Notes: generated from the sequence alone by a model not told the origin. A stretch of DNA of 64,000 bases from Eledone cirrhosa (GCA_964016885.1 OZ024763.1:21266001-21330000); one strand, 5' to 3'. Shown: positions 14,529-28,664, counted from the first letter of the stretch. Numbers and translations: made by a program.

Positions 14529-14872
14529 TCATCATCATCATCATCATTTCATTTTTACGTCCGCTTTTTCCCTGCTTGCAAGGGTGGGACGGGAACTGAT
14601 GCTGGCTTGATTTCTACAGCTGGATGCCCTTCCTAACACCAACCTCATTTACAGTGAGTGCTGGGTGCTTTTGTGCTGTGGCACCTCCACGATCACTTTG
14701 CAGTGGAATGATAGGGACCTCAGTCCCTATCATCTCATTTCTACAGCTGAGTAAACTGGAGCAATGTGAAATAAAGTGTCTTGCTCAAGGAAACAACACA
14801 TCACCCGGTCTGAGAATTGAACTCACAACCTTTCGATTGCAAGGCCAATGCTCTAACCACTAAGCTATGTGC
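14529..14872 (-). mobile_element. tRNA-derived SINE family 1
   Basis: Reverse complement of 3352-3682. Confidence 0.85.
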
Positions 14873-14879
14873 CTGACAC

Positions 14880-15427
<548 letters not shown>

Positions 15428-15706
15428 CAGTGTTCATAATTGCTACTAATTTTCTATCTACTTAGACTTGAAGGATTTTCCCCTTCAGTTCTGGCCATCT
15501 TGAATTATTATTCCAGAAAAGTGCTGCACCTATTTATTGAACTGTACCATTAAGAAAGTCACATTTCTCTTGGTTACTTAAGTTTAAAAAAAGCAATAAA
15601 AAAAACGACATCTTTTTCACTTCAGGGCTGAGTAAATTGCTTTCAGGATGAGTAGGAAGAATATTTCAGTTGTTGAACACTTGCTTCAACAAATATTTAA
15701 TACCAT

Positions 15707-16880
15707 AATGTGTGGGAGGTATGGTAATTACATGGTGTAGATGTAGGCTCCATAGGGCATGGAGAAAGGTAACCCAATGTGTGGGAGGTATTGTCATTAT
15801 ATGGTGTAGATGTAAGCTCCATAGGGCATGGAGAAAGGTAACCCAATGTGTGGGAGGTATTGTCATTATATGGTGTAGATGTAAGCTCCATAGGGCATGG
15901 AGAAAGGTAACCCAATGTGTGGGAGGTATTGTCATTATATGGTGTAGATGTAAGCTCCATAGGGCATGGAGAAAGGTAACCCGATGTGTGGGAGGTATTG
16001 TCATTATATGGTGTATATGTAAGCTCCATAGGGCATGGAGAAAGGTAACCCAATGTGTGGGAGGTATTGTCATTATATGGTGTAGATGTAAGCTCCATAG
16101 GGCATGGAGAAAGGTAACCCAATGTGTGGGAGGTATTGTCATTATATGGTGTAGATGTAAGCTCCATAGGGCATGGAGAAGGCAACCCAATGTGTGGGAG
16201 GTATTGTCATTATATGGTGTAGATGTAAGCTCCATAGGGCATGGAGAAGGCAACCCATCTAGGAGGGCAATAACTTCGAATAAAATATAACGGCATGGAG
16301 TAGACATGTAAGCTCCATAGGCCATGGAGAAGGCAACCCATTTATGAGAGCAATGACTTCAAATTAAATATAACTGTATGGGGTAAATGTGGGCTCCGTA
16401 AGCTATGAAGAAAGGTAACTCAATGTGTGGGAGATATTTACATTGCATGGGGTTGACATGCGCTCCATAAGCCACAGAGAAGGCAACCTGTCTAGGAGGG
16501 CAGTGACTTCAAATAAAATATACCTGCATGGGGGTTGATATAAGCTCCATAAGCCATGGAGAAGGCAACTCATCTAGGAGAGCAGTGATTCCAAATAATT
16601 CTATTTGGAGTCACTGCTCTCCTAGATGGGTTGCTTTCTCCGAGTGCATAAGATAGCTGTGGGCTCTGTAAGCCATGGAGAAGGGAACTTGACTAGGAGA
16701 GTAGTGGCTCTGAATGAAATTCGATTGCTCAGGATAGACATGGGCTCCTTAAGCCATGGAAAAAGCAACATATCTAGACTCTGAATAAAATATGACTGGA
16801 CTGCACTGGGTAGATGTGAGCTCTGTAAGCCATGGAGAAGGCAACCTGACTAAGAGAGCAGTCACTCTGAATAAAAACTG
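15707..16880 (+). repeat. 69-bp tandem array (about 8 near-identical units) grading into diverged longer units
   Basis: aatgtgtgggaggtattgtcattatatggtgtagatgtaagctccatagggcatggagaaaggtaaccc; period 69. Confidence 0.9.
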
Positions 16881-16887
16881 GTACATC

Positions 16888-17152
16888 CACCACCACAACC
16901 ACCACCATCACTACCATCACCATCATTACCATCACAACCACAAACACCATCACCACCACCGCCGCCACCACCACCACCACCACCACCACCATTGCAACCA
17001 CGACCATCACCTGCTACCACCACTACCATCACCTGCTACCACCACTACCATCACCTGCTACCACCACCTGCTACCACCACCACCACCACCACCACCACTA
17101 CCATCACCTGCTACCACCACCACCACTACCATCACCTGCTAACACCACCACC
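16888..17152. repeat. (CAC)n low-complexity tract
   Basis: Direct reading. Confidence 0.9.
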
Positions 17153-17739
17153 ATATTTATACGTTCCCTTTTCCCTATGAACACCACAAAGAAACACATA
17201 CAAACTACAGTGAAGATGTTGAAACAAATGTTTGTGAGCAACAACAGTTGAAACAAATAGTGCCATAAATATATTATAAACTGTCTGTGTATTTACTGCG
17301 ATCTACAACACTTAAACATAGTTATTATATAGCAGAGTTTTAATAAAGCCCCTTGGGAAGATCCCTACCGAGCTCTCAAATCCATTGAATTATTAATCAT
17401 TGTATTCTGTTTTATATTTATCAATTATATAAATATAACAATACAAGCAGAAACCCTGTTGTTATTCATATGTATGGGACCCCTTATAACTCCCGAGGGA
17501 GTTATAAGGGTGCCATGGTGACATACAGCGAAGCCTCTTACATCTCTGGATATGAATATTAACAATTTCTTCCAGAGAAGGAGAGACAAAGATATATATA
17601 TATCTATATATATGACGGCTGGAGCTCAGCCGTAGGGGTCCTGACTCTTTTCCTATATATATATATATATTTGAGGTCCGTGGGTAATCTGCTGGCTGGA
17701 CAGGCTGGTAAATAGAGCTGTCTGGTTGTCGTCTCTTTG

Positions 17740-17785
<46 letters not shown>

Positions 17786-17789
<4 letters not shown>

Positions 17790-18157
17790 TCATCACCATC
17801 TCTCCATTCGTCACGGTCCTTCGTCATCTCCTCCGTGAGCTTCAGTGATCTGAGGTCGACTCTCACCACCTCCGCCCATTTTTTTCATTGGTTTTCCTCT
17901 ACTGCGTCTTCCTCTACTGCGTCTTCCTTCTACTGGGATTTCTTGGCACTTCTTTGCCCAGCAGTCATCCTCCATGTGCATCACATGTCCATACCATCGC
18001 AGTCTTCTCTCCCGCACACCACAACTTATCCCTCTTATGCACAGTTTCTCTCTCAACTCATCTATGCTTGGTCGTTCACGCACATTGACATTGCACATCC
18101 AATGGAGCATGCTTGCTTCATTTCTCTCCAGCCATTGCATATCCTCTGCAGTTGCCC
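17786..18157 (-). mobile_element. RTE family B fragment
   Basis: ORF 17811..18140: [13 protein letters not shown]...[12 protein letters not shown]. Confidence 0.85.
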
Positions 18158-18200
18158 ATATATATATATATATATATTAAAATAATAGATTAAAGTTTAA

Positions 18201-18420
18201 CCTTTTAGCATTTAAACTGGCTATAACCGGCCAGAATTCCCTCACCTCTTTCTCTTCAAACTGGCTTTAACTAGCCACTCATACTTAGGTTAAGGTATTG
18301 TTCTCAAAATAAATAATACCAAAATTTCATAGATTCAATATTATGTGAGATATTATGCGAGGTAAAGACTTTACTGAGAAAATACAATAGTATATGTAAA
18401 GTAATGTAAATGCTAAAGGG
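18201..18420. mobile_element. piggyBac-like MITE with TTAA target duplication
   Basis: ttaa|ccttttagcattta...taaatgctaaaggg|ttaa; paralogous empty site taaagtttaagcaa at about 28121. Confidence 0.85.
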
Positions 18421-18492
18421 TTAAGCAAAGAATCGCTGTTCACCCTTAACGGGATCTTCTCGAGCCCACTTTGGATTTTAGACTTCATATTT

Positions 18493-18524
<32 letters not shown>

Positions 18525-19250
18525 TATATATACACTTTTTATTATGACCTACTTTTGAAGAACACAGTTGTATTATACAGTTTATAAAATCAATTTTGTT
18601 TACTATATTATTGAACTATTATCCATCATCAATATACCATTTACCTTGTTGTTTTAAACAGACATATGCATCCTCTTCTCATCTTCTTATCTGTTTTCTC
18701 TTTTTTTTTTCATTTAAAGAGGAGAGCAAAATATTCGTACTTTCTTTTACCCCCTAATGTAAGTAATTTATATTAATAGGGGAGAACTTTTTATGTCTAT
18801 ATTATCTGTTACTTTCTCCAAATCACATTGATAGATAATGGAAAATTACTAGAGATTTTCTAGAAAAAATATAATAGAGCAGACTATACAATATATATCT
18901 ACGATTTTACGTTTCGTTTCACTTTTTCTACCAGCCGAAATACGATTCTCGCTGAATTATATTTATATATATATATTTATATATATATATATATATATAT
19001 ATACATAATATATATATGTGTGTATGTATATATGTATATACAAACATACATATATATTTCCATATATATATGTGTGTGTATATATATATATATATACACA
19101 CACACACATATATATATACACACACACACACATATATATACATACACATATATATATGTGTATATATATATAGTGTAATTACTTTCAAAGGTGCATTTAT
19201 TTACACTCTATATTCATATATGTGTGTGTATTTATGTGTATATGTATATA

Positions 19251-19348
19251 TAAGGTGTTCCAAAAAATGTATACATACTTGGTTTACCTGTACAGGCAAT
19301 ATTTATTAGAATGCTGTTGAAGTGTATATACATTTTATGGTGGACACC

Positions 19349-19351
<3 letters not shown>
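19251..19351. mobile_element. Tc1/mariner-superfamily MITE (CAGGGTGTC-type TIR), decayed
   Basis: aaggtgttccaaaaaatgtatac...gtatatacattttatggtggacaccctg; matches 46579. Confidence 0.7.
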
Positions 19352-19421
<70 letters not shown>

Positions 19422-20043
19422 AGTTTCATATCACAGTTTCCTTCCAATTTCATATATATATATATATATATAATAATAAGGGCGCTGCGGAGTTGCAAAT
19501 GGGTTACATATGAAAAAAGTTTGTCCTTCATCAGTGATCTTCCAACTATCATAGGTATTTCATCGCTTTAAAGACCATATACCTCCGGTTGGTGCGAGCA
19601 ACGGCTAAAAAGAGTCGTTGGGACACGTAAATAAAGGGGACGCGAGGGTAAACAAACAAAATGGTGAGGCAACAGAAAGTGAGGAAGGAGGAAACAAGTC
19701 CCAGATTTCTATGAATATATATATATTTATATATGAAATTGGAAGGAAACTGTGAAATAAGAATTTCAATATTTCAATATTTTCCTCTCATTAGATCCTG
19801 CCAGTTTATATGGAAGAAGAAATTGTCTACCAAACATATGCTTGAAACAGCTTTTTTCTTCTTTTCTTTTGTAAACCTCACTTCAGATATTGTCCAATTA
19901 GTAAGATAAGAACCTTGTAATACAACCATCAAGTCTTCTGTGTTTTAGTGTTTTGTGATATATATATATCACAACACACACACACATATATATATATATA
20001 TCATCTCTCTCTATGTGTGTTTTAGAGTGTTGTGATGTATATA

Positions 20044-20318
20044 ATAATAATAATGAAATTATTGTGTAAAGTGCTCAGGTGCACTACAACTCGTCAATAT
20101 AGTACATAGAATAATACGCAAATGTCAGGGAAGTACATGTGTGTATGTGTTAGCTGTAGTGTTGGCGGATCTCGGGAAGCATGGAGGCCTTAAAGGATGC
20201 AGTGTCTCGACAGCTAACAACTGATGCAGGTAGTTTGTTCCATGCTTCAGCAACTCTGAGCGTGAAAAAATGTTTCCGAAAGTCATGGGAACTGTGCTGT
20301 TTTCTTACTTTGTGGGCA
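20044..20318 (-). mobile_element. CR1-clade LINE 3' end
   Basis: Minus-strand HKVRKQHSSHDFRKHFFTLRVAEAWNKLPASVVSCRDTASFK; (ATT)n tail; related copies at 23436, 37680, 39200. Confidence 0.75.
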
Positions 20319-20389
20319 TATATATATATACATCACAACACACATACATATATATATCATCGCTCTCTCTATGTGTGTTTTAGTGTGTT

Positions 20390-20452
<63 letters not shown>

Positions 20453-21339
20453 TCTTTCTCTCTCTCACACATATGCATACAAACAAATGCACCAGCACGT
20501 ACTCAAATAAACAAATGCACACACACATACAGACACACACCAGCAAAACACATGCATGCACAATAACATACACACAAACAAACGTACACAGACAACTACA
20601 TATGCACAAGAACACAAACAAACAAACAAACACAAGCGCGCAACACACACACAGAGAAACACATACAGGCATACACACGCGCACAAACAAATGCACAAGC
20701 AAGCACACACAGAAACACATACATGTACAAGCACACACAAACAAACACAGACACACAAAAAAATGCACAAGCACACACACACACACACACACCAGCATAT
20801 GCACATAAACACACACACACACAAATGCATAAGTCCACACATACACCATACAAGCACACACATACACAAGCACAAGGATACACAAGCACACACATACACC
20901 ATACAAGCACAAGCACACACACACCAGCATATGCACATAAACACACACACACAAACAAATGCATAAGCACACACATACACCATACAAGCACAAGCACACA
21001 CATACACAAGCACAAGGATGCACAAGCACACACATACACCATACAAGCACAAGCACACACACACCAGCATATGCACATAAACACACAGACACAAACAAAT
21101 AAATGCATAAGCACACACATACAAATTCATATATACACACACATAAGAGCAGATATGTTCCCTCCAATATCCACACACATCCACTACCTGTATCAATGTT
21201 GTGAGTGTGTTGGCTTGCCTAAAAAATTATTAGAGTGAAGCACCAGCACCCTCTTATTGTGGCATATGATAGGATGTGTGGGTCTTGGTCCCACCCAGTC
21301 TCGGTCCCTTCAGTTTTTTAGTACTATATATATATAAAC

Positions 21340-21684
21340 ACTTTTGAGCTGACTTTTGGGAGGCTCCCATACAGCTCTGAGTTTTTCATCCTCAGTGTAT
21401 ACTGATTAATGTTCCGAGCCATCCTCAACATTCTCGTGTCGCACCCATCCACCATCTGAGTGAGTTGCTTGGTAGCTGGACATGCTCACCGACATCCAGA
21501 GTTGACATTGCACTCAGTGCTCCTGTCGGAGCCCCTACATGGACACACTGGAAGGTTGACGTATGTTGATGCCCTAAGGACAGACACTGGTCTGTTGGAG
21601 ACGTGGGACATGGCAGCGATGATGAGGGACAGAGACCGTTGGAGAGAGCTCGTCCATGGATCTCGGAAATTTTACCCGCCCTAG
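21340..21684 (+). mobile_element. RTE family A 3' end with 5' inversion
   Basis: 21340-21465 antisense, 21472-21684 sense, ending ELVHGSRKFYPP*. Confidence 0.8.
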
Positions 21685-21959
21685 AATAGAATATATAAAC
21701 AGGCGGTGGATTGGCAGAGTCGTTAGAGCATTGGATAGAGTTCTTTGTCGTATTCTTTCCAGCTGCCTGCTCTCTCAGTTCTAATCCCCCCGAGGTCAAC
21801 TTTACCTTTCACATACTTGAGGTCAAAAAATAAGTACCAGTCAAGTACTGGGGGCCAATTCCTCCTCTATATATCTTTCTCACTTTCTTTCACTTACTTT
21901 CTACGTGTAGATTGAAATGCAGATTAAAAGATTTCAATTTAAATAGGAACTCTTTAATA

Positions 21960-22490
21960 TGGGTGGTTTTATTTCATAGAATCAGAGGTATTTTATGGGA
22001 TAGATTGATATTGAAAGGATTAAACGTCTGTCTGTTTTACTGTTTTATTTCATAGAATCAGAGGGGCTTTTGGGCAGGTTGGTATTGAAAGGGTTTAGAA
22101 TCTGCCATTCTGTTTTATTTCATAGTACTAGTGGAGTCTTGTTGGCAGGTTAATATTGAAAGGGTTTAAGTGTCTGTCTGTCATACTGTTTTATTTCATA
22201 GAACCAGTGGCATCTTGGGGGCTGACTGATATTGAAAGGGTTAAGTATCTGTCTGTCTGTCATACTGTTTATTTCATAGAACCAGATGGGCTTTTGGGTA
22301 GGTTGGTATTGAAAGAGTTAAGCATCTGTCTATCCTACTGTGTTATTTCATAGAACCAGTGGCGTCTTGGGGTCTGACTGATATTGAAAGGGTTAAGCAC
22401 TTGTCTGTTTCGTCTACTGTTTTATTTCATAGAACCAGAGATATTTGAGGGCTGATTGGTATTGAAAGTATTAAATGTCTGTCTTCCTAC
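21960..22490 (+). repeat. Diverged tandem repeat of about 60-80 bp units
   Basis: Recurrent ctgttttatttcatagaaccag...tattgaaagggttaag. Confidence 0.8.
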
Positions 22491-22976
22491 TTAGACAAAC
22501 TTGAAGAAAGAAATACAACCTAAGCAAGTGAAGATGCTGATAATGGCAATAATATCAGTGTTTGGTGGTGGAGAAGGAGGTTAGTATGAAAAAAGGGTTA
22601 ACCCAGTCAGTGTGTTATGAGAAACTATTTCAACAATAGCAACTGTAAAGATGAAAGACAAAGTGAAGTAGTTGAACAAGGAATTGTAAATCATGAAATT
22701 ATTGATCAATATTTGACTGGTCTGTTCTAGCAGACTAACATTATATTAACTCATCATATCTCTTCTTCTCTTCTTCTCTCTTCTCTTCTATTACTACCAT
22801 GTAGGAGGCATGCATATATCTATATTTAGGGTAGATTTATATCTGTACATGCATACATACATACATACATACATACATACATACATACATACATACATAC
22901 ATACATACATACATACATACATACGTACGTACGTATGTATGTATGTATGTATGTATGTATATATACATACAGAATT

Positions 22977-23345
22977 CTAGGAGAAGGAAAACTCTGATAT
23001 AACACCTGCAACCCTGATGGTATCCAATGATGTTGACTTGTTCTTTTTGGTAAATATCATCTTGGTTAAGAGAGTGGGACTGGCTTTGTGCAGTGCCTTT
23101 GCTCACTATAAAAGCTTCACAGCACAGGCATTGCTTTATATCTGGAGATCTCTCTGCACTTGTCGTCACATGGTACCATGGGCCCAGCACTATGTGTCAA
23201 TAATTGTCACAAGTGTAGTGTTTGTACCAGAGTTTTCAAGTCGCTGGCTGGACTAAAAAGTCACATTCGTTCAGCGCATCGGTAGGGGTTCTCCTACATG
23301 GATATAAAGTAGTGGCCATACTCGAAAACGAGTTGGCAGCCACCA
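22977..23345 (+). mobile_element. Internally deleted zinc-finger RTE derivative
   Basis: HKCSVCTRVFKSLAGLKSHIRSAHR* and terminus gtggccatactcgaaaacgagttggcagccacc resemble 6645-7020; begins ctaggagaaggaaaactctga. Confidence 0.7.
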
Positions 23346-23629
23346 TATATACATATATATATGTGTGTGTGTGTGTGTGTATATATATATACATATATAC
23401 ATATATATATGTACATGTATATATATACGTATGTGTTTAAGGCCTCCATGCTTCCCGAGATCCGCCAACACTACAGCTAATGTTCCCCCTCCATACACAT
23501 ACACACATGTATACCATGACTCATACACTATTCACTTCCCTGATATTTGTGTATTATTCTATGTACTATACATACACCTTTGACGAGTTGTAGTGCACCT
23601 GAGCACTTTACACAATAATTTCATTATAT

Positions 23630-23660
<31 letters not shown>

Positions 23661-23667
<7 letters not shown>

Positions 23668-23806
23668 AAAGTTTGTCCTTCATCAGCGATCTTCCAACCA
23701 TCATAGGCATTTCATCGCTTTAAAGACCATATGATGGTTGGAAGATCACTGATGAAGGACAAACTTTTTTCATATGTAACCCATTTGCAACGCCGCAGCT
23801 CCATTA
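23661..23806. mobile_element. Fold-back element family G (another copy at 19472-19700)
   Basis: Arms of about 45 bp, tatgaaaaaagtttgtccttcatcag...ctgatgaaggacaaacttttttcata, plus tail gtaacccatttgcaac. Confidence 0.65.
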
Positions 23807-23853
23807 TTTTCATATATATATATATATCTGTACATATATATACATACATATAT

Positions 23854-24110
23854 GGAGGCACATGGTTAGAGCATTGGCCTTGCAATCGAAAGGTTGTGAG
23901 TTCAATTCTCAGACCGGGTGATGTGTTGTTTCCTTGAGCAAGACACTTTATTTCACATTGCTCCAGTTTACTCAGCTGTAGAAATGAGATGATAGGGACT
24001 GGGGTCCCTATCATTCCACTGCAAAGTGGTCGTGTAGGTGCCACGGCAAAAAAGCACCCAGCACTCACTGTAAATGAGGTTGGTGTTAGGAAGGGCATCC
24101 AGCTGTAGAA
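23854..24110 (+). mobile_element. tRNA-derived SINE family 1 (3' truncated)
   Basis: Matches 3352-3600. Confidence 0.85.
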
Positions 24111-24150
24111 AAAACCCTTATCGATTTTAGTCTTCATTTATTATTATTAC

Positions 24151-24183
<33 letters not shown>

Positions 24184-24260
24184 AAGTATATATGCATGCC
24201 TGTATTTATGCATGTGTGTATGTGTATACATATATGTATGTATATATATATATATATATG

Positions 24261-24351
<91 letters not shown>

Positions 24352-24362
24352 ATACATATGTA

Positions 24363-24413
<51 letters not shown>

Positions 24414-25000
24414 ACGTATATATATATATGTGTGTGTGTATACATATGTATATATGTATGTATATATATGTACGTATATATATGTGTGTGTGTATGTGTA
24501 TACATATGTATATATGTATGTATATATATGTACGTATATATATGTGTGTATATATATATATATGTGTGTATATGTATATGTATATATATGTGTGTGTGTA
24601 TGTATGTATGTATATATATATATTTATGTATATACATGTTTTTGTGTATGTATGTATCTATGTATATGTATGTGTGTTTCTAAGTACTCTAGTTAAACCA
24701 AGAGAGATATCACAACAGTAAGATTACCTGAACAAGAGGAGGGAGTCACCTCAACACAGAACAACAACACCACCAAATTCAAGGACAACAAAACAATACA
24801 AAACAATACAAACATATAATCAAGTCCAATCAGATTTATTTCTACGATAACTGTCAGTTAATTATGTCTACAGTCATTAAATAATGATTTACTCTGTAAC
24901 CCAGGCTTGGCCTCCTTCTTCCTTGCTTTCTGCATCTAATTAGATTCTTCTCTCCTCCTATCTTGTATCAAAATTGATTTGTGTGTCATCATCATTTTCT

Positions 25001-25885
25001 TTCTTAAATATCCGTTTTTAACCTATATTTAGTATCAATGAATAGTTTATTTTTCTGATTTATTAAAAAAAATTTTGACAAGAGAAGATTGTGTTGGTTT
25101 GGCCCATAAAATCTGTCCAGTGGTTCTTTCCTAAGACACTCTAACCACATGCCCATAGTATCGGAGCTGTGATCTCTCAAATGTCCAGCGTTTCTTTTTC
25201 GAGACATTCTAACCACATGTCTATAGTATCAGAGCTGTGATCTATCAATTCAAAGAAGTAGTGGCACTACCTGGAGCAACTCCAGTGATTCTTTCCTGAG
25301 ATATTCTAACCACATACACATAGTATCAGAGCTGTGATCTCTCAATTTGGAGCAATAATAGCTCTACCTGAAGTGACTCTCTAATCTCCGAGCTTGAAAT
25401 CTGTTCAGTGATTCTTTTCTGAGGCATTCTAATCACACGCCTATAGTATCAAAGCTGTGATCTCTCAATTTGGAACAATAATAGCTCTACCTGAAGTGAC
25501 TCTCTAATCTCCGAGCTTGAAATCTGTTCAGTGATTCTTTTCTGAGGCATTCTAATCACACGCCTATAGTATCAGAGCTGTGATCTCTCAATTTGGAGCA
25601 ATAATAGCTCTACCTGAAGTGACTCTCTAATCTCCGAGCTTGAAATCTGTTCAGTGATTCTTTTCTGAGGCATTCTAACCACATGCTTATAGTATCAGAG
25701 TTGTGATCTCTCAATTTGGACAAGTAGTGGCTCTACCTGGAGTGACTTGCTGATCTCTGAGTTATGCACTTTATCATAGCTTTCTTTCTTAAATATCTGT
25801 TTTTAACCTATATTTAGTATCGATGAATATTTAATTTTTCTGATTTATTAAACATTTTTTGCCAAGAGAAGATGGTGTTGGTTTT
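25001..25885 (-). repeat. 123-bp tandem array from RTE ORF2 C-terminal segment, bracketed by a direct repeat of about 100 bp
   Basis: tagtatcagagctgtgatctctcaatt at 25321/25444/25567/25690; homologous to RTE at 41750-41830; ttcttaaatatc...gtgttggttt at 25001 and about 25786. Confidence 0.8.
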
Positions 25886-25994
25886 GTTGTTTCATCAGTT
25901 GAGAGTTTGAGTGGATTGGAAGTATTGGTAGAGGTAGAGCAGCGGACATCTTGCTTTGGGGTGTATAGTTAGGTTTTTTTATGTTCTAAGGTCA

Positions 25995-26064
25995 AATGAT
26001 GATGATAGTGGTGATGATAATAATGATGATGATGACAGCAATGACGACAATGAGGATAATAATC

Positions 26065-26095
<31 letters not shown>

Positions 26096-26605
26096 GAATG
26101 TTGACAATGATGATGATGATAAGGTTGATGATGATGGTGATGATGATGTCATATTCAGTGGTAAATGTGATGGTGATGATGTCGTCATCATTGGTAAAAT
26201 TGATGATGGTGATGATGATGATGATGTTGTCACAGGTAAAGATGACGATGTTGTCTGGTAAAGATGATGTTGACGATGATGTTGACACTGGTAAAAATGA
26301 TGGCGGTGATGATGATACCGTCACTGGTAAAGATGGTGGTGATGATAATGTTATCATCACTGGTGATGATGATATTGTTACTGGTGAAGGAAATGATGAT
26401 GATGATGATGATGATGTTATCGTCACTGGTGAAGGTGATGATGATGATGTTGTCACTGGTGGTGATGATGATGATGTCACTGGTGAAGGTGATGATGGTG
26501 GTGATGTTGTCACTGGTGATGGTGATGATGGTGATGATGATGTCACTGGTGAAGGTGATGATGGTGATGATGTTGTCACTGGTGATGGTGATGATGGTGG
26601 TGATG
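25995..26605. repeat. (GAT)n-derived minisatellite with gtcactggtgaaggt units
   Basis: Direct reading. Confidence 0.85.
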
Positions 26606-26737
26606 CACAGTAGCTCATTATCACTATCATTAATTTTGACCTCTAATAAGATTACATTAATCTTTATCGAGTATTCATTAGGTTTTGTTCTGATCAGCAC
26701 TGATCTTGTTTAGTTCAAGTAATTTACCTTTCTTTAG

Positions 26738-26769
<32 letters not shown>

Positions 26770-26780
26770 TATATATATAC

Positions 26781-26818
<38 letters not shown>

Positions 26819-26942
26819 CTTAGAGTTTAGACTCAAAGAGGTCATCAAATATTAATTATATATATATATATATATATTATATATATCATCACATAATTAT
26901 CATCATTCATCTAACCTGTATATATATATTTTTTTAAATACT

Positions 26943-26984
<42 letters not shown>

Positions 26985-27399
26985 TTTATACAAATACGCA
27001 TATATACATATAAAAACACACACACATATATATACTCACACACACTACACACGCTCGCACACACATATATTCACACACACACACACACATATATATATAT
27101 ACATACATTATATTTTTGTTTTCACTAAATAACAAGATATTTCTACTTCTGTCAATCAGCTTAAAACTCCTCCCATATTAATGTTTAGCAGTACTTAAAA
27201 GGTGTCACAACAAACCAAATGGGATTAGGCACAAACATATTTACTAATGGATTGTAATCTTTCATTTCATTCCTTTTCACTGTGTTCTGTGTTCTGTGTT
27301 CTGTAAGGCATTGAACTTATCTCTTAGAAAATATTCCATCTAAACATAAGACTGTATGTGTGTGTTTGTGTGTGTATGTGTGTATACATATACATATAT

Positions 27400-27600
27400 G
27401 TAACAAAGCAAATGTGGTAAGAGACCAGGTGGACCATAATGCACCAGAGTACTCGATACTTGGGGTAGTAGAGAGGGTAATAGGAAACGAGTTAGGACCT
27501 CAACAGCTGTACCACGGCCATCTTGACAGCTAGATCCGACCTGGATCTAGCTGTTGAAACAGCCGGAGTTCAGCCGTCAGAGTCCTGACTCTTTTCCTAA
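27400..27600 (-). mobile_element. Fold-back element family F
   Basis: gtggtaag..accaggtggaccataa..cacca.agtactc body with terminal inverted segment. Confidence 0.7.
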
Positions 27601-27841
27601 ATATATATATATATATATATAGATATATATATATGTATGTATATATATATATATATATGTATGTATATATATATATATGTATGTATATATATATATGTAT
27701 ATATATATATATGTATGTATATATATATATGTATATATATATATATGTATATATGTATGTATGTATATATATATATGTATGTATATATATATATGTATGT
27801 ATATATATATATATATGTATGTATATATATATATATGTATG

Positions 27842-27877
<36 letters not shown>

Positions 27878-28016
27878 GAGAGAGAGAGAGTCTGCAGTGT
27901 TGAGACTGGGGAGACCATTAATCATGGGAGTACTCAATCCATGGGGAGATGTAGAGTGGGTATAGAGATATGTAAAACCCAGACCTTGGTGCCAAGCAGT
28001 TTTACATCTCTCTCTC

Positions 28017-28103
<87 letters not shown>

Positions 28104-28353
28104 TTATTATAAGAACAGATTAAAGTTTAAGCAAGGAATCACTGCTTTCACCCTTAACGGGATCCTTATCGAGCTCTCTTCGGATTTTAGTCTTCACATT
28201 TATTATTACTATATATATATATTCCAATCTCATCATCAACATCATTATTGCTTAATAGTCATTAAATGGTGATTATATATATATATATATATAGATATAG
28301 ATATATGTTTCTAGGTAAATATACACGGGTGTGTATGATTGTGTATAGAAGAT

Positions 28354-28664
28354 TATATTAATAAGAGGAATTCCAACTTTGTCTGATTTACTCGTTTTAT
28401 TTACAATCCTTTAAAATATATATAATGGTATTATAATGAAATAGTATGATAGAATATTAAATTCACAGTTGAAAATTGCAAACTCGACTGTCACCACATA
28501 TCATGAACCTGAAGATTGCGAAAGCATGAAAGTACTTGTTCAATTAACACTTAGAATTTAATATTCTATCATACTATTTCATTATAATACCATTATATAT
28601 ATTTTAAAGGATTGTAAATAAAATGAGTAAATCAGACAAAGTTGGAATTCCTCTTATTAATATA
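28354..28664 (+). mobile_element. Fold-back element family A: inverted arms of about 110 bp flanking a hammerhead
   Basis: 28354-28464 is the near-exact reverse complement of 28554-28664. Confidence 0.85.
28505..28541 (+). ncRNA. Minimal type I hammerhead ribozyme motif
   Basis: gaac CTGAAGA t-tgc gaaa gca-t GAAA gtac TT gttc. Confidence 0.75.

Noticed and set aside
17480-17510. Hairpin cccttataactcccgagggagttataaggg as a novel element
   Set aside because: It corresponds to the terminal stem-loop of SINE family 3 (compare 11305-11335 and 53215-53250)
25956-26713. Asp/Gly-rich (VTGEGDDD) acidic protein
   Set aside because: A GAT-derived minisatellite with an in-frame stop and frame shift; no clear splice signals
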